Origin: an uncultured Muribaculaceae bacterium
GTDB lineage: Bacteria > Bacteroidota > Bacteroidia > Bacteroidales > UBA932
Direction of reading: 5' to 3'
Length of the DNA: 64,000 nucleotides
Assembly: GCA_964449975.1 (NCBI GenBank)
Contig: CAYVED010000005.1
Span: 2,861-66,860, forward strand
Positions 9,225 to 17,022 of the stretch are shown one piece after another. Under the pieces are notes generated by a model, which ran no database searches, was not told the origin of the DNA, and saw only the letters and a program-made list of their open reading frames with translations. The number at the start of each line of letters is the position of its first letter. Position 1 is the first letter of the stretch. The position numbers were made by a program, and so were the translations under genes.

Positions 9225-9698
9225 TTATTTTAATATATTTAATTTTTTAATAGCTTCACCGGGTTTGGCCATTTTCCCGGTCTGATCGCCTATCTTTGCC
9301 ATAATATCGTTCAGATACTCCAATTTATCGTTTGCTATATTAATGGCTAACTGTTTGTCATGTACCTTTCTGCCATTCATTATAAGTTTATATTCATTAT
9401 ACGCACCATTCTCTATAAGCTCTATCGCACCTATTAGCAGCATTACCGCAGCCGCAACAGCGCCTATAAATAAATATATTCTCCGGCGGTTTGCATTCCC
9501 ACGATTTATACGGGGATATGCAAAACCTTTTTCATCGTTTACATATTCAAATAATACAGAGAAACGCTCATGTTCCGGAGCTATTTTACCGGCCTTAAAA
9601 TAAAGACGCAAGGACTCTTCCTGCTCAAGAGTAGTCTCTCCTTCAAAATATAAATCCAGGAGCCTGGAATAATCGCTCTGTTTTCTTATCCGTCTCAT
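9225..9698 (-). CDS. putative single-pass anti-sigma factor / membrane protein
   Basis: Position immediately after the ECF sigma gene (3-nt gap), an N-terminal LDLYFEGETTLEQEESLRLYF motif, and one TM helix (IYLFIGAVAAAVMLLIGAI). Confidence 0.5.
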   Translation of the reverse strand: MRRIRKQSDYSRLLDLYFEGETTLEQEESLRLYFKAGKIAPEHERFSVLFEYVNDEKGFAYPRINRGNANRRRIYLFIGAVAAAVMLLIGAIELIENGAYNEYKLIMNGRKVHDKQLAINIANDKLEYLNDIMAKIGDQTGKMAKPGEAIKKLNILK

Positions 9699-9700
9699 TT

Positions 9701-10219
9701 CTATTTACAATTTATTAAATAACACCTTAATTTTCCCCGTACCCTCGACAACATCGTCCTTATATTTCCCTGTGTAGTATCGAGTATGACAGCTATTTCG
9801 TCCAACTCATATCCCATTACATCCCTTAATCGCAATACTACCTGCTGATCAGCAGGCAAACACCTTAAAAATGTTTTAAGCATCTCTATTTTCTCTTTCG
9901 TTTCCAGAGCCTGATGCGGAGAAGCGTAACTACAATTATCCGGTGAAAATCCCGGCATTTTATCGAGACTCCGGTTATTGTTTTTTTTAAGTTTAATATA
10001 ATCCAGGCAGATATTCCTTAGAACAGTAAATAAAACAGCCTCCATACTTCTGAAATATTCTCCGTTGCAATTAAGTCCCCAGACCCTCATAACAGCCTCT
10101 TGTACCATATCCTCTGCAGTCGCCGCTCCGGATACGGCAAACCCTTCGGCAAAATGTACAAGTTGTTTACGTACCCCCTCTATATTTCGATTAAACTCTT
10201 GTTCTGTCATAACTATCAT
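9701..10219 (-). CDS. ECF-type RNA polymerase sigma-70 factor
   Basis: Region 2 (AEDMVQEAVMRVW) and region 4 (LRDVMGYELDEIAVILDTTQGNIRTMLSRVRGKL). Length is 172 aa. Confidence 0.85.
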   Translation of the reverse strand: MIVMTEQEFNRNIEGVRKQLVHFAEGFAVSGAATAEDMVQEAVMRVWGLNCNGEYFRSMEAVLFTVLRNICLDYIKLKKNNNRSLDKMPGFSPDNCSYASPHQALETKEKIEMLKTFLRCLPADQQVVLRLRDVMGYELDEIAVILDTTQGNIRTMLSRVRGKLRCYLINCK

Positions 10220-10246
10220 GAAGACGAATATCTCAAGTCTTTGTTA

Positions 10247-10254
10247 CAAAATTA
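10247..10254 (-). promoter_or_regulatory. candidate -7 promoter box (TAATTTTG) for the ECF sigma operon
   Basis: Minus-strand TAnnTTTG match with 27 nt to the ATG at 10219. Confidence 0.4.
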
Positions 10255-10389
10255 TAAACATTATCATATTTTTAAACAACGTTCAGCCTTGCCGGCCGCC
10301 ATTTTAAGCGATCAGGCAAAGCTGACACATAAATCATTACAAGAAAAAGCCTGTGCCCGTAAGCTTTTTGGCTTAATCCTCATATACTA

Positions 10390-11916
10390 CTATAAATAAA
10401 ACCACGGCAACCAGTAATTACGTCTGCTCCCGTATCTGTAATTATCTCTGCCGAAGATAAAATCCACAGGCTCCTGAAGAATAACAACCGTATTTTTGGG
10501 AACGAAAAGCCTTAAATTCTGAAATTTGCCGTCAAATTTATTTCGTTTTGAGATCACTCTCGGATTTACGGTTATCAAAGAATCTTTTACGGTTATAACA
10601 TTATCTACATGCAAAGAATCGTACGTATTATCAAAAATTGAAAAATCCCTGAAACTATTAGTTTCGCACTCAAGACGCAAAGGCTCTTGTCGCGATTGCC
10701 TGTAAATACGGAGCGAAGGATATATTACAAACTCTTTTTCTTTATTTCTCAGCGTCCTTACATAAAACAGATCGAGTTTATTCCTTTTTACATCTATATA
10801 CATCCCCTGTCCGCTATTATCCTCCAACCGCGGATATTTAATATAAAGTGTATCATAGTTCCCGGATACGGGTAATGTACTCATAGTTTCCTGATACCTG
10901 TAATAAGGTTTAAAAGCAACGGAGCTAAGGGCTATAAAAGCCAGCAGAGAAAGAACCCATAATATAAATATAATCAGACCCGGTTTCCACTTGGGACTTT
11001 TAAACCGGAAACAAAGATTTATACCTCCGTACAACATACCTATAAACGGCAGGAAGTAAACAAGTATGCCCGTTATTTTTAGCCATATCCCCGATATATT
11101 CAACTGAATATAATCGGAAAGAGCAAAAAGGTTGATACCGCTGAATATATCCACTCCTAAAAATATGAACCATCCGGCAACTATTCCCGACAAACCTATT
11201 ACTATTAATATACCGCCTATGATAAACAGGACGGCACGTCCCAACGCATTGGCAAAACCGCTCCCCGTCCTGCGTCCGAAGTCCCTCACTTCCCTTTCCA
11301 TATTTCTGGCTCCTTCAGCAAACTTTCTCTGTATTTCATCTACGGAAAGGGTTTCCCCGTGCATGGCGCATTTCTGGGCAACGGTTTTTGCGGCAGGAAT
11401 AATAATCCATAAAACACAATAAACCAGAATCATAAAAGCGAACCAACCCATATGAAAACCGAAAAAGTGTCTTATCGCGAACATAGGCGCTGCCGTAACG
11501 ACAAAAAATAAAATAAATAATATCCTTACCCACACTACATCCATTTTAAAATAAGCGGCAAGCCCGCTGCATACGCCACCGACAACTCCGTTGGCTGTAT
11601 CCCTGTACAATGAACGTTTGGCTCTCCCTTGTCCGTACATTCCCCCGGAATCAAAAGAGTCCTCATTTTCATACGGTTTACCCATAATATCTATTATAGA
11701 AATTATATCTTCGAGCGTAACGACCTTCTCTTTGCCTCCCTTTTCTATTATAAGTTCGGCAACTCTCTCTTCTATATCGTCCAATATCTCGTCCCGTCCG
11801 GACTCGGCCTTATAATATATTTTAAGGTTATCGAGATATTGTTCAAGCTCTTTACAGGCATCCTTTTCCAACGTAAAGGAGACCCTGGCAATACTTACTT
11901 TTAGTACTTCTTTCAT
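10390..11916 (-). CDS. PspC domain-containing membrane protein (long form)
   Basis: PspC motif LYRDTANGVVGGVCSGLAAYFKMDVVWVRILFILF, multiple TM helices and a C-terminal extracytoplasmic domain. The N-terminal module is paralogous to that of 12287-12886. Confidence 0.8.
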   Translation of the reverse strand: MKEVLKVSIARVSFTLEKDACKELEQYLDNLKIYYKAESGRDEILDDIEERVAELIIEKGGKEKVVTLEDIISIIDIMGKPYENEDSFDSGGMYGQGRAKRSLYRDTANGVVGGVCSGLAAYFKMDVVWVRILFILFFVVTAAPMFAIRHFFGFHMGWFAFMILVYCVLWIIIPAAKTVAQKCAMHGETLSVDEIQRKFAEGARNMEREVRDFGRRTGSGFANALGRAVLFIIGGILIVIGLSGIVAGWFIFLGVDIFSGINLFALSDYIQLNISGIWLKITGILVYFLPFIGMLYGGINLCFRFKSPKWKPGLIIFILWVLSLLAFIALSSVAFKPYYRYQETMSTLPVSGNYDTLYIKYPRLEDNSGQGMYIDVKRNKLDLFYVRTLRNKEKEFVIYPSLRIYRQSRQEPLRLECETNSFRDFSIFDNTYDSLHVDNVITVKDSLITVNPRVISKRNKFDGKFQNLRLFVPKNTVVILQEPVDFIFGRDNYRYGSRRNYWLPWFYL

Positions 11917-11938
11917 ACGTTTAAAAAATTTTTTAGAG

Positions 11939-12274
11939 CTATTTGTTTTTAATGTAATCTATAGAATCGACTACTTCTTTCCATGCGGCATCCATTTCCG
12001 CCAGAGCTTCTTTACCTTTATCGGTAAGCGTATAATACTTTCTGGGCGGTCCCTGCGGACTCTCTTCCCATCTGTAACTGAGCAACCCCTGATTTTTCTG
12101 CCTTGTCAGAAGAGGATATAATGTTCCCTCAACAACAATCATTTTCGCCTCTTTAAGCTCCGCTATCAACGAAGACGCATAGGCATCGTTCTTTCTTAAA
12201 ATACTCAGGATACAGTACTCCAGAACTCCTTTGCGCATCTGAGACTTTATATTATCTACATTCGAATCAACCAT
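11939..12274 (-). CDS. PadR family transcriptional regulator
   Basis: 111 aa with a winged-helix signature: GVLEYCILSIL...YASSLIAELK...EGTLYPLLTRQKNQGLL...PPRKYYTLTDKG. Confidence 0.9.
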   Translation of the reverse strand: MVDSNVDNIKSQMRKGVLEYCILSILRKNDAYASSLIAELKEAKMIVVEGTLYPLLTRQKNQGLLSYRWEESPQGPPRKYYTLTDKGKEALAEMDAAWKEVVDSIDYIKNK

Positions 12275-12286
12275 AACTTTCCATAT

Positions 12287-12886
12287 TTATTTCATATTAG
12301 CAAAACGTCTTAAATTCTCTGCGGTAACCGGGAGGCCGTACATTTCACATTTTTTCACCGGAGTATCGGCCAAAGGAACCGCAACCCAAAGAATAACATA
12401 TATCCAGAACCCGGCAGAACCCATAAATAACGCTATTATAAAGAGTATCCTGATCAATAACGTATCCAGTCCGAAATATATTGCAAGTCCGGAACAGACA
12501 CCGCCTAACGATTTGTTCACGCTATCCCTGTATAACTTTCTCAGAGGTCTGCCGTTAGTAGCATAAAAGTCTCCCCCGTCCTGTTCCGTCCTGTACCCCT
12601 GTCCGGAATTCTCGTCCTTCTCGCTGAACGGCTCTCCGTCCGGCATCCCTAACTGCATTATAACGCTGTTTACCATCCCAAGATTTATGACATCCCGGTA
12701 TGAATTAAGATTTTCCGAGAAAAGTTCGGCAATACGCCCTTCCAGGTCGTCCATTACCTCTTTGGTCTGCACCCCCATTCTGGCATTATTCCTGAACTTT
12801 TCAAGATACTTTCTAAGTTTTGCATAAGCATCTTCTTCCATAACAAAACTTTTTCCGCCGATACCTACATTAATTACTCTCTTCAT
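12287..12886 (-). CDS. PspC domain-containing membrane protein (short form)
   Basis: LYRDSVNKSLGGVCSGLAIYFGLDTLLIRILFII PspC motif plus one or two TM helices. First gene of the operon. Confidence 0.8.
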   Translation of the reverse strand: MKRVINVGIGGKSFVMEEDAYAKLRKYLEKFRNNARMGVQTKEVMDDLEGRIAELFSENLNSYRDVINLGMVNSVIMQLGMPDGEPFSEKDENSGQGYRTEQDGGDFYATNGRPLRKLYRDSVNKSLGGVCSGLAIYFGLDTLLIRILFIIALFMGSAGFWIYVILWVAVPLADTPVKKCEMYGLPVTAENLRRFANMK

Positions 12887-12959
12887 ACGTTTAAAATTTT
12901 TAAAATTGCATCTCTTTTTAGATAAGAAACTGTTTTTAATTTATTAATCTCATTCTTTA

Positions 12960-12974
12960 TCAGTTCTTTTTCAT
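12960..12974 (-). other. 4-codon mini-ORF (ATG AAA AAG AAC TGA) in the leader of the PspC operon
   Basis: It is preceded by the same 19-nt start context (TCATACGTTTAAAATTTTT on the plus strand) as the PspC gene 88 nt downstream. Coding status is doubtful. Confidence 0.2.
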
Positions 12975-13003
12975 ACGTTTAAAATTTTTTTAAAGCATCT
13001 GCT

Positions 13004-13101
13004 TACCTTGTTAAACAGGCTCGCTATTCGCCATAGTAAGCAGCTTAAAATAGCTAAAAAGTATCCTTAAAATAATTTCGGTAACAAATCAAAACAATTT
13101 C
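13004..13101 (-). repeat. copy 1 of a roughly 98-nt conserved upstream element (promoter/leader candidate)
   Basis: About 90% identical over 98 nt to 48461-48558, and reverse-complementary to 45585-45682. It lies in the sense orientation upstream of the PspC-PadR-PspC operon. Confidence 0.8.
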
Positions 13102-13169
13102 TAAAAACATGTTTACAATATAGTATTCTATATTAAACACTATCTTTTATAACAATGTTTTCTGTATTG

Positions 13170-13177
13170 CAAATATA
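13170..13177 (-). promoter_or_regulatory. candidate -7 promoter box (TATATTTG) upstream of repeat copy 1
   Basis: Minus-strand TAnnTTTG match about 70 nt upstream of the repeat. If used, the whole repeat would be transcribed as a 5' leader. Confidence 0.3.
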
Positions 13178-13220
13178 TATTATATTTCAACTACCTTGTA
13201 TCGCATAATATTTAAAATTT

Positions 13221-13246
13221 TAAAAAAAGGTATAAAAACTATACCT
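13221..13246 (-). terminator. second hairpin plus T-run downstream of secG
   Basis: aggtata (13228-13234) / tatacct (13240-13246), followed on the minus strand by a T6-7 run. Confidence 0.45.
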
Positions 13247-13306
13247 TAAATTTATTTATCGGGAAACAAGACGGTTGCAAATTCCTGACAAAAAGATATA
13301 TACAGC

Positions 13307-13338
13307 AAAATCCGGCTATTTGTAAATAACCGGATTTT
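13307..13338 (-). terminator. intrinsic terminator downstream of secG
   Basis: Perfect 9-bp stem aaaatccgg (13307-13315) / ccggatttt (13330-13338), 20 nt after the secG stop. Confidence 0.55.
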
Positions 13339-13357
13339 CTATCTGTTTTGTAACAAA

Positions 13358-13711
13358 CTAGTTACCTGGTGTTGCCTCCTGAGCCGGAGTTTCTGTTGCC
13401 GGAGCTTTCTCCACAGGGAACTGCGGTTGTGCGGCAGGAGTGGTATTCTCTATCTGTTCTATAAGATTAGTCTTATTTTCAGCAGCTTTGGTAGAAACAA
13501 AAGCCGTAGCGGCAATACATAATACTATAATTATTATAGCAAGCGCCCATGTCGATTTCTCCAGAAAATCTGCGGTTTGTCTAACGCCGAACGTTTGGTT
13601 GCCGGAGGCAAAATTAGCAGCCAGTCCACCGCCTTTAGAGTTTTGAACCAATACTACAAGTGTCAGAAAAATACTTGCAATAACAATAAGGATAGCAATA
13701 ACCGTATACAT
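13358..13711 (-). CDS. secG: preprotein translocase subunit SecG
   Basis: Two TM helices with LVVLVQNSKGGGLAANFASG...FGVRQTADFLEKSTW, plus a proline/alanine-rich tail. Confidence 0.85.
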   Translation of the reverse strand: MYTVIAILIVIASIFLTLVVLVQNSKGGGLAANFASGNQTFGVRQTADFLEKSTWALAIIIIVLCIAATAFVSTKAAENKTNLIEQIENTTPAAQPQFPVEKAPATETPAQEATPGN

Positions 13712-13712
13712 A

Positions 13713-14369
13713 TTATATTAATTTTTTTAACTTTATTTCGTCTACAAGGGATGCAAAGTAAGTACTTTTTTCCGGATATAACAAAATTAGTTTTGCATAA
13801 ACATCTATAGCCTGTTCATAATAACCCTGTTCCGCATAAATTTCGGCAAGAGTTTCAGTAAAAAACTCGGGAGATTCAAAATCTTCGGTACTCATCAACG
13901 GTTCCTGGTCCGTATAGGATACAAGAGGCTCGCTTCCGCATTTCGGGACAAAAGTTCCCACTTTTTCGATTCTCTCCTCCTCTTTCAGCAATTCAAAATC
14001 TTCCCTGGTAAAATAATCTCCCCCCAAAATATATACTTTCGGTTTAAGCTCCCCGTTTATCAACTCGCCAATCTCTATCTCAGGCAAATCCAAATCCGGG
14101 TCTTTATCTTCACCGGTTTGCACAACGCAGTCTACTCTCATATTGCCGGCTAAAATATCCCTGGCATCATTATATATTTTCTCACGGGAATGCAGAAAGA
14201 CGGCATAATCCCTGAACTTCTCGCCGAAACACTCTTCGCCCGTTATGCTTATCAGTTTATATAAAAGTATCTGCCGGGCATAAGTGTACCACGGAAATCC
14301 GTCGATAAGCCGTTCGATCTCCCCTATCTCTAAAGATTTTAAATTAAAATATTTCCCGGCATCCTCCAT
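13713..14369 (-). CDS. hypothetical protein with a C-terminal TPR-like repeat
   Basis: 218 aa, acidic, ending AEIYAEQGYYEQAIDVYAKLILLYPEKSTYF (TPR-like). It is tightly packed between the LptE-like gene and secG. Confidence 0.55.
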   Translation of the reverse strand: MEDAGKYFNLKSLEIGEIERLIDGFPWYTYARQILLYKLISITGEECFGEKFRDYAVFLHSREKIYNDARDILAGNMRVDCVVQTGEDKDPDLDLPEIEIGELINGELKPKVYILGGDYFTREDFELLKEEERIEKVGTFVPKCGSEPLVSYTDQEPLMSTEDFESPEFFTETLAEIYAEQGYYEQAIDVYAKLILLYPEKSTYFASLVDEIKLKKLI

Positions 14370-14373
14370 AGTG

Positions 14374-14886
14374 CTACCAGTTTGCTACGGTTGCATTGAA
14401 AATATCTTCCGCAAGTATCTTAATAATATCTTCTACCAGTCGGGCCTCAACCTGTTCCAGTGTAAGATTGGAATCATAATCCTGAAAAGCCGCAAAAGAT
14501 TTTTCAAAATCTTCTTCCGGATACTTATTATTTGTAAACAGTATCTTCACCGTTATAGTAAGCCTGTTCTGCGCCGCGACCTCAGCCGACGTTACCGCTG
14601 TTGGAGTTATATCATAACTCATTATGAATCCGCTGACCTCAAGGTCGCCCCCTTCATTGAACATCTCCAGCTTGGTAAGTTTACGATATTTATCCTGCAG
14701 CGCAAGAGTAAGCTCATTGCTAAGCGACGGATTTATTTTCGGAGCCTTATTCTCAATAGTATACACCGAAATAGATTTGACGTCGGGAGCTATTGAAGTC
14801 CCTGAAAACGAATATATCCCGCATCCGCCCAATAAAGCGAGCAATGCGGTTAATATTAATATATATATCCCTGGTCTGTATCTCAT
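14374..14886 (-). CDS. LptE-like LPS-assembly lipoprotein
   Basis: Lipobox LLGGC, about 170 aa, and the conserved Bacteroidota context (sigma-54 activator, lptE-like gene, TPR gene, secG). Confidence 0.5.
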   Translation of the reverse strand: MRYRPGIYILILTALLALLGGCGIYSFSGTSIAPDVKSISVYTIENKAPKINPSLSNELTLALQDKYRKLTKLEMFNEGGDLEVSGFIMSYDITPTAVTSAEVAAQNRLTITVKILFTNNKYPEEDFEKSFAAFQDYDSNLTLEQVEARLVEDIIKILAEDIFNATVANW

Positions 14887-14889
14887 CCT

Positions 14890-16131
14890 CTAAATATCCA
14901 GTTTTAACTCTTTTATTTTCCTGTAAAGCGTCCTTTCGGAAATCCCCAACTCCTTTGCCGCCGCCTTTCTCTTTCCGCTATGCTTTTCAAGGCACTTTCT
15001 TATCAGATCCGCATTTACGTCGGGAATAGAGAGTACCGTATCCTTAATTTCTTCGGCATAGCTGTAATCCGCATCCTCTGCATGAATAGGCTCCGGAATA
15101 CCGGAAGCAGTATCCCGATGAATTATCGGCCCTGCAACATCCGGCTCCCTGCGTATAATAGGGGAAACGCGCTCATTATCCCTGTGTATAATAGGAGAGG
15201 ACGAGGCGCCGGTTGTATTTTCAACCTGCTCCTTTAGCTTTTCGACCTCCTGCCTGAGCTGTAAAAGTATTTTATAGAAAATATCCCTGTCCGATATGAA
15301 ATCCCCCTGGTGATGACCTGCCGTATTTATAACCGGAAGATGTTCGGGAGTATCGGCAGGAAGGTATTTTTGTAATATTTGCGGCTCGATAAGCCTTACC
15401 CTTTCCAGCACCGACATCTGCTCGGCCACATTTTTAAGTTGCCGGACATTCCCCGGCCACCGGTACTGCTCCAGCATACTCTGTGCCTGCGGGGTAAGTT
15501 TTATGGCGGGCATTTTATATTTATCGGCGAAGTCAAGAGCGAACTTCCTGAACAGCATATATATATCCCCGACTCTCTCTCTGAGGGCAGGCAGCATTAT
15601 GGGAACCGTATTAAGCCTGTAATAAAGATCCTCCCTGAATTTTCCGGTACTTATCGCATGCGGAACATTTATATTGGTCGCCGCAACAACGCGCACATCC
15701 GTTTTCTGTACTTTTGACGAACCTACTTTTATGAATTCGCCCGTCTGCAAAACCCTAAGTAACCTGACCTGTGTAGTAAGAGGGAGTTCCGCCACCTCGT
15801 CCAAAAATATCGTACCTCCGTTCGCCGTCTCAAAATATCCTTTTCTGGTCTCTGTAGCCCCCGTAAAAGCACCTTTTTCATGTCCGAACAGTTCGGAATC
15901 TATCGTTCCTTCGGGAATAGCGCCACAGTTTACTGCAATATACGGCCCGTGTTTACGGGCGCTGTTCATGTGTATGATCTGCGGAATTACCTCTTTTCCA
16001 ACGCCGCTCTCCCCGGTAACCAATACCGAAAGATCGGTATTTGCAACCTGGGTGGCAATATCCAGCGCCCTGTTAAGGGCAGGATCGTCCCCGATAATAT
16101 CAAACCGTTGTTTTATGCTTTGTAGTTCCAT
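14890..16131 (-). CDS. sigma-54-dependent transcriptional activator (AAA+ and Fis-type HTH, no receiver/sensor domain)
   Basis: Walker A GESGVGKEV, GAFTGA loop (EKGAFTGA) and C-terminal HTH AAKELGISERTLYRKIK. I prefer the ATG at 16131 (MELQSIK...) over the TTG at 16140. Confidence 0.9.
   Translation of the reverse strand: MELQSIKQRFDIIGDDPALNRALDIATQVANTDLSVLVTGESGVGKEVIPQIIHMNSARKHGPYIAVNCGAIPEGTIDSELFGHEKGAFTGATETRKGYFETANGGTIFLDEVAELPLTTQVRLLRVLQTGEFIKVGSSKVQKTDVRVVAATNINVPHAISTGKFREDLYYRLNTVPIMLPALRERVGDIYMLFRKFALDFADKYKMPAIKLTPQAQSMLEQYRWPGNVRQLKNVAEQMSVLERVRLIEPQILQKYLPADTPEHLPVINTAGHHQGDFISDRDIFYKILLQLRQEVEKLKEQVENTTGASSSPIIHRDNERVSPIIRREPDVAGPIIHRDTASGIPEPIHAEDADYSYAEEIKDTVLSIPDVNADLIRKCLEKHSGKRKAAAKELGISERTLYRKIKELKLDI
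15067..15198 (-). repeat. in-frame 33-bp (11-aa) tandem repeat, 3 clear units plus 1 degenerate
   Basis: SPIIHRDNERV (15166-15198), SPIIRREPDVA (15133-15165), GPIIHRDTASG (15100-15132) and IPEPIHAEDAD (15067-15099), in the linker between the AAA+ and HTH domains. Confidence 0.8.
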
Positions 16132-16137
16132 AATCTG

Positions 16138-16145
16138 CAAAGTTA
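16138..16145 (-). promoter_or_regulatory. candidate -7 promoter box (TAACTTTG) abutting the sigma-54 activator start
   Basis: Minus-strand TAnnTTTG match only 6 nt upstream of the ATG at 16131. Confidence 0.35.
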
Positions 16146-16205
16146 AAAATTTTCTATAGCATAAATCAATTTTAACTACTTTTGTTCACAAAAATATTAT
16201 CCGAC

Positions 16206-16955
16206 ATGAAATTTTTAGCAATTATTCCGGCAAGGTATGCTTCAACACGTTTTCCCGGTAAACCTCTTGCGATAATAAAAGGCAAGATTATGATACAAAG
16301 GGTTTACGAACAGGCTGCCAAAGTTTTTGAACACGTATGTGTGGCGACCGACGATAGAAGGATATATGATGCCGTAAAAGGATTCTCCGGAAAAGCGGTA
16401 ATGACATCTCCGGAACACGGCAGCGGAACAGACAGATGTCTTGAGGCCCTGGAGAATTATTCGCGTGAGAGTGGCCTTACATTCGATACTGTAATAAATG
16501 TACAGGGGGACGAGCCTTATATCCGCCCTGAGCAACTGAATCAGTTGAAAGAATGCTTCAATAATCCCGGCGTAAATCTGGCAACCCTTGTAAAAAGGGT
16601 AAAAAACAAAGATGAACTGCTGAACCGAAATGCGCCGAAAGCGGTAATAGACAATAACGGCTATGCCATTTATTTCAGCCGCTCTCCCATACCTTATCCT
16701 ATGAATACAGAGATAACGGACGATTATGTAAAAAACACAAAATTTTACCGGCACATAGGTCTTTACGGATACAGGGCATCAACTTTGCAGCAAATTTGTA
16801 GCATAAAACAAAGTTTTTTAGAAAAAACCGAAAAGCTGGAACAGTTGCGTTGGATAGAAAATGGGTTGAGAATCAAAGTAAAAGAAACGGAATATGAGAG
16901 TTATGCGGTAGATACGCCCACCGATTTGGCATTTCTGAATTCGAATATTTGCTAG
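16206..16955 (+). CDS. kdsB: 3-deoxy-manno-octulosonate cytidylyltransferase
   Basis: MKFLAIIPARYASTRFPGKPL N-terminus and the VNVQGDEP motif. The ATG at 16206 is preferred over the TTG at 16182. Confidence 0.9.
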   Translation: MKFLAIIPARYASTRFPGKPLAIIKGKIMIQRVYEQAAKVFEHVCVATDDRRIYDAVKGFSGKAVMTSPEHGSGTDRCLEALENYSRESGLTFDTVINVQGDEPYIRPEQLNQLKECFNNPGVNLATLVKRVKNKDELLNRNAPKAVIDNNGYAIYFSRSPIPYPMNTEITDDYVKNTKFYRHIGLYGYRASTLQQICSIKQSFLEKTEKLEQLRWIENGLRIKVKETEYESYAVDTPTDLAFLNSNIC

Positions 16956-16962
16956 GAATGAT

Positions 16963-16970
16963 TATATTTG
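16963..16970 (+). promoter_or_regulatory. candidate -7 promoter box (TATATTTG)
   Basis: TAnnTTTG match 52 nt upstream of the ATG at 17023. Confidence 0.4.
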
Positions 16971-17022
16971 CAAGAATATTGAAAATTATTTATAAATCAA
17001 CACTATAATTTTTTAAACCAAA

